Of a stretch of DNA of 64,000 nt, positions 60,815-64,000 are shown in pieces. Position 1 is the first letter of the stretch, and each line of letters opens with the position of its first letter. This stretch comes from Octopus sinensis (taxonomy: Eukaryota): the NCBI RefSeq assembly GCF_006345805.1, contig NC_042998.1:22134001-22198000 (forward strand), in the 5' to 3' direction. The notes below the pieces were generated by a model, which was not told where the DNA came from, ran no database searches, and was given only the letters and a program-made list of their open reading frames with translations. The position numbers and the translations under genes are program-made.

Positions 60815-61210
60815 TTTTACTTGTTTCATTCATTTAACTCTCGGCCATGCTGGAGCACCGCCTTTAGTCGAGCGAATCAACCCCGAGACTTATTCTTTGT
60901 AAGCCCAGTACTTATTCTATCGGTCTCTTTTGCCGAAGCGCTAAGTTATGGGGATGTAAACACACCAGCATCGGTTGTCAAGCAATGCTAGGGGAACAGA
61001 CACACAAACATACATGCACACACGTATATATATATATACACATATACGACGGGCTTCTTTTCAGTTTCCATCTACCAAATCCACTCACAAGGCTTTGGTC
61101 GGCCCGAGGCTATAGTAGAAGACACTTGCCCAAGGTGCCACGCAGTGGGACTGAACCCGGAACCATGTGGTTGGTAAACAAGCTACTTACCACACAGCCA
61201 CTCCTGCACC
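60815..61210 (-). mobile_element. Full-length SINE family A
   Basis: Close reverse complement of 7557-7963. Confidence 0.9.
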
Positions 61211-61219
61211 TATATATAT

Positions 61220-61430
61220 ATATATCATCATCATCATCGTTTAATATCCGCTTTCCATGCTGGCATGGCTTGGACGGTTTGACTGTGGACTGGCAAGCCA
61301 GGAGGCTGCACCAGGCTCCAATCTGATCTGGCAAAGTTTTTCTACAGCTGGATGCCCTTCCTAACGCCAACCACTCTGGGAGTGTATTGGGCGCTTTTTA
61401 TGTGCCACTGGTACAAGACCAGTCAGGCAG
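61220..61430 (-). mobile_element. Family C copy
   Basis: catcatcgtttaatatccgctttccatgc...cctaacgccaaccac. Confidence 0.82.
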
Positions 61431-61434
61431 CATT

Positions 61435-61484
<50 letters not shown>

Positions 61485-62048
61485 TATATACATACATATA
61501 TACATACATATACACACACACACACATATATATATAATATGTTGGTAAGGTAAAATGCAAGCTGTCTGAAGAATTTCTAATTGAAAATTTCTTTCTTACA
61601 TGTTCATCCAACATGTACAATTTTGTGATTCCTATTAGCAAATGAAGCATGTGTAATGGTGATAAATGATAGCCCAAATTTTCCAAATATGTACATGCAT
61701 GTGCGTGTGTGTGTGTATTGCTGATGTCTCAAAAATTTATAATCTTTCAAGAGTACATGAAATAATTCCTTTTGAGAACAATGAATCTTGAAGCTCATAA
61801 AGCTATGAACTATAGCATGTAAATATTGGATGAACCCTTTTAGACATAAAAAGTCAAAGGCTATGAGCAGCCTTTGACTTTTTCTATCCAAAAGGGGTTT
61901 TCAACCCGATATCAACATGGTATTAGCTATAGTGTTATGTGCTTCAAGATCCAATGTTCCAAAAAAGAATTAACTATATCTATCTATCTATCTAGCTAGC
62001 TAGCTATCTATCTAATTTATTTATATGTATACATACATACTTATATGC

Positions 62049-62137
62049 CAGTGGTTCCCAACCTTTTCACAGTGGTTTCCAACCCCTCTTATTTAAATGG
62101 GTTTTCTCATGGACCCCTTTTACTATGCTCATCCTTA

Positions 62138-62189
<52 letters not shown>

Positions 62190-62266
62190 TGAAGTTAAAT
62201 TTTGAATCTAGTTCACGGACCCCCAGAGCACCAGGGTTCCGTGGACCCCAGGTTGGTGGGAACTAC
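62049..62266. mobile_element. hAT-like MITE remnant
   Basis: Left end cagtggttcccaacc; right end ggttggtgggaactac; gggttccgtggacccc motif similar to the 8686-9324 element. Confidence 0.5.
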
Positions 62267-62534
62267 CAATATATGTACTTATATAAAACAAGGTATGAAT
62301 AATAGTCATTACATATTTTTCCTTTATTAGAGCAAATTTGGCTTACAACCGTTTCCAGCACTCATTATAGGTTCATTACTAACAGGCTTGCTCAATTGGT
62401 CTATTGATCAGTTGAGAAAAATCGAATGAACCCTCAAAATTTAATGCTTCTTTTGTCAGAGCCATTTCTAGTTATAACAAAGCAGCAGTTATTTTAAAAC
62501 TATTGTGATTTCTGGCTATTATAAGTATCGTTTA

Positions 62535-62755
62535 TCCCCTTTTGTTAGCTACAAGACTTGACTCTCTCGTTCCAATGTTACAAACCTTCATCTTTTAAAG
62601 AGATCTAAATTTAAACCTGCCATTAAAATTTTACATTAATTTGCTTCAAACACCTGTTTAATAGCGATGATATCATTTTATTAAATTCTTCTTTATTTTC
62701 GATATTAATAGAGTCAAAAACAGTACATTTCAATAGAGATTTGGTAACAAAGGGG
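62535..62755. mobile_element. piggyBac-like MITE
   Basis: Ends ccccttttgtta / taacaaagggg, with TTAA on the right and a degenerate TTAT on the left. Confidence 0.45.
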
Positions 62756-64000
62756 TTAAATTTAGTCTTCACAATCATTTCCTTCGTTATATCACGTTTG
62801 TAGTTTTGGCTGGAAGGGGGTCTTTAAAATATTAGTGAACTGACACATAATTATAGGTATCTGTACCTTGTTCATAGTAACAAAAAAAAAAAAAAAAGAA
62901 GGAAAAAAAGGTTGTAATGGGTTAAGTTTTCTCAGATTATATTGAATATCAATTAAAGAAAGAAAAACTTTGGAAATTTTAGTATTTTTGATAAGATACT
63001 TCAAAACTGTACCTTACATTTTGCAGTATAATATTGACAAATCATCAATTAAATATTGTTCTAATTAAAATTACAAGATTTATTAAAAAATTCAATATGT
63101 AATTTTGTTGTTTTTTTTTTTCTGTTATTGTTTTTATAAGATCCAAAAAAAAAAAAAATTCTTTGTGATTCTCAAAGAAAAAGACAATTCAATGGAACTG
63201 TCAAACAATGCTTGATTAATAAAATAAGATTACTTCCTTTATGTGTTTCCTTTCATTGGATAATTTCCATAGAAATAAATTACAAAAAAAAACATTTTTT
63301 TTAGAAATTTAAATTTTTTCTTTCATTTCAAAATTTATATTTCATTTTTCTTTTTATTTCAAGAAAGGGTATGATTTTGTTATTATTTAACAAAAATTTC
63401 TTCATCATCATCATCAACATCATTATCCTCATCATCATTAATAATAATAATAATAATATATATATATATATATATTTTCTCAATGTTTTTATGTGCTTTT
63501 CTCTCTTTTGAATATAATTTCATATTTTGAAAATTTCCATTTATGAATAAACATTTAGTTTAGTATGAAGGTGAGGCGGTGTGAAGGGAGGGGGAAAAAA
63601 ATGAAGGAAGGAGTGAGGGGGGAGACTGCTGAATGAAAAATCCCCCCCAATCTGAAATAATAAAAAGCAGAAAGGAAAACAGAAAGTGGCCAGTGTTCTG
63701 TTATATGACAATTGTGATTAAAAAGAAAAGAAAAATTATTTTTGAATATGGAAATGAAATAATTTAGCATCGGAATTCTTTAATAATTTATATTGCTAGA
63801 GATGAAGTAGAACTGAAGAACGGAAAAGTGTAGATGAAGTAGCGTTAAAGAAGAGAGGTAAATTACTTCTGCATCTACATTTATAATTATACCAATACAT
63901 GCCATTACCAATTAAAAAAATCAGTGTAATTACTAATGAAAGAATAAGTGTAAATTTTTATTTATTTATTTGTAATGGTGATAGTGGGAAGCTGGCAGAA

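Overview
AT-rich, repeat-saturated eukaryotic DNA, intronic or intergenic. The SINE families and the extreme TA/TG/CAT microsatellite density look like a coleoid cephalopod (Octopus-like); this is inferred from repeat recognition, not a database hit. No host protein-coding gene can be called with confidence. Nearly all ORFs in the supplied track are translated microsatellites or SINE read-through, leaving only a few weak exon candidates. The window is a mosaic of at least four tRNA-headed SINE families (named A, B, E, F here) and an RTE-type (GAT)n-tailed element (C) that seeds minisatellites. It also holds decayed CR1, RTE, REL-type LINE, Penelope, mariner/Tc1, hAT and piggyBac-like relics. 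The most interesting signals are: (1) several minimal type I hammerhead-ribozyme motifs of the Penelope type, the best at 3429-3481, plus a Penelope GIY-YIG relic; (2) a mismatch-free 49-bp palindrome and a 232-bp palindromic MITE; (3) fold-back copies of target DNA at the 5' junctions of two independent SINE insertions; (4) higher-order SINE multimers and a 52-bp double-hairpin minisatellite; (5) a hAT transposase pseudogene in which microsatellites arose from codons. Coordinates were read by eye, and repeat boundaries are approximate.
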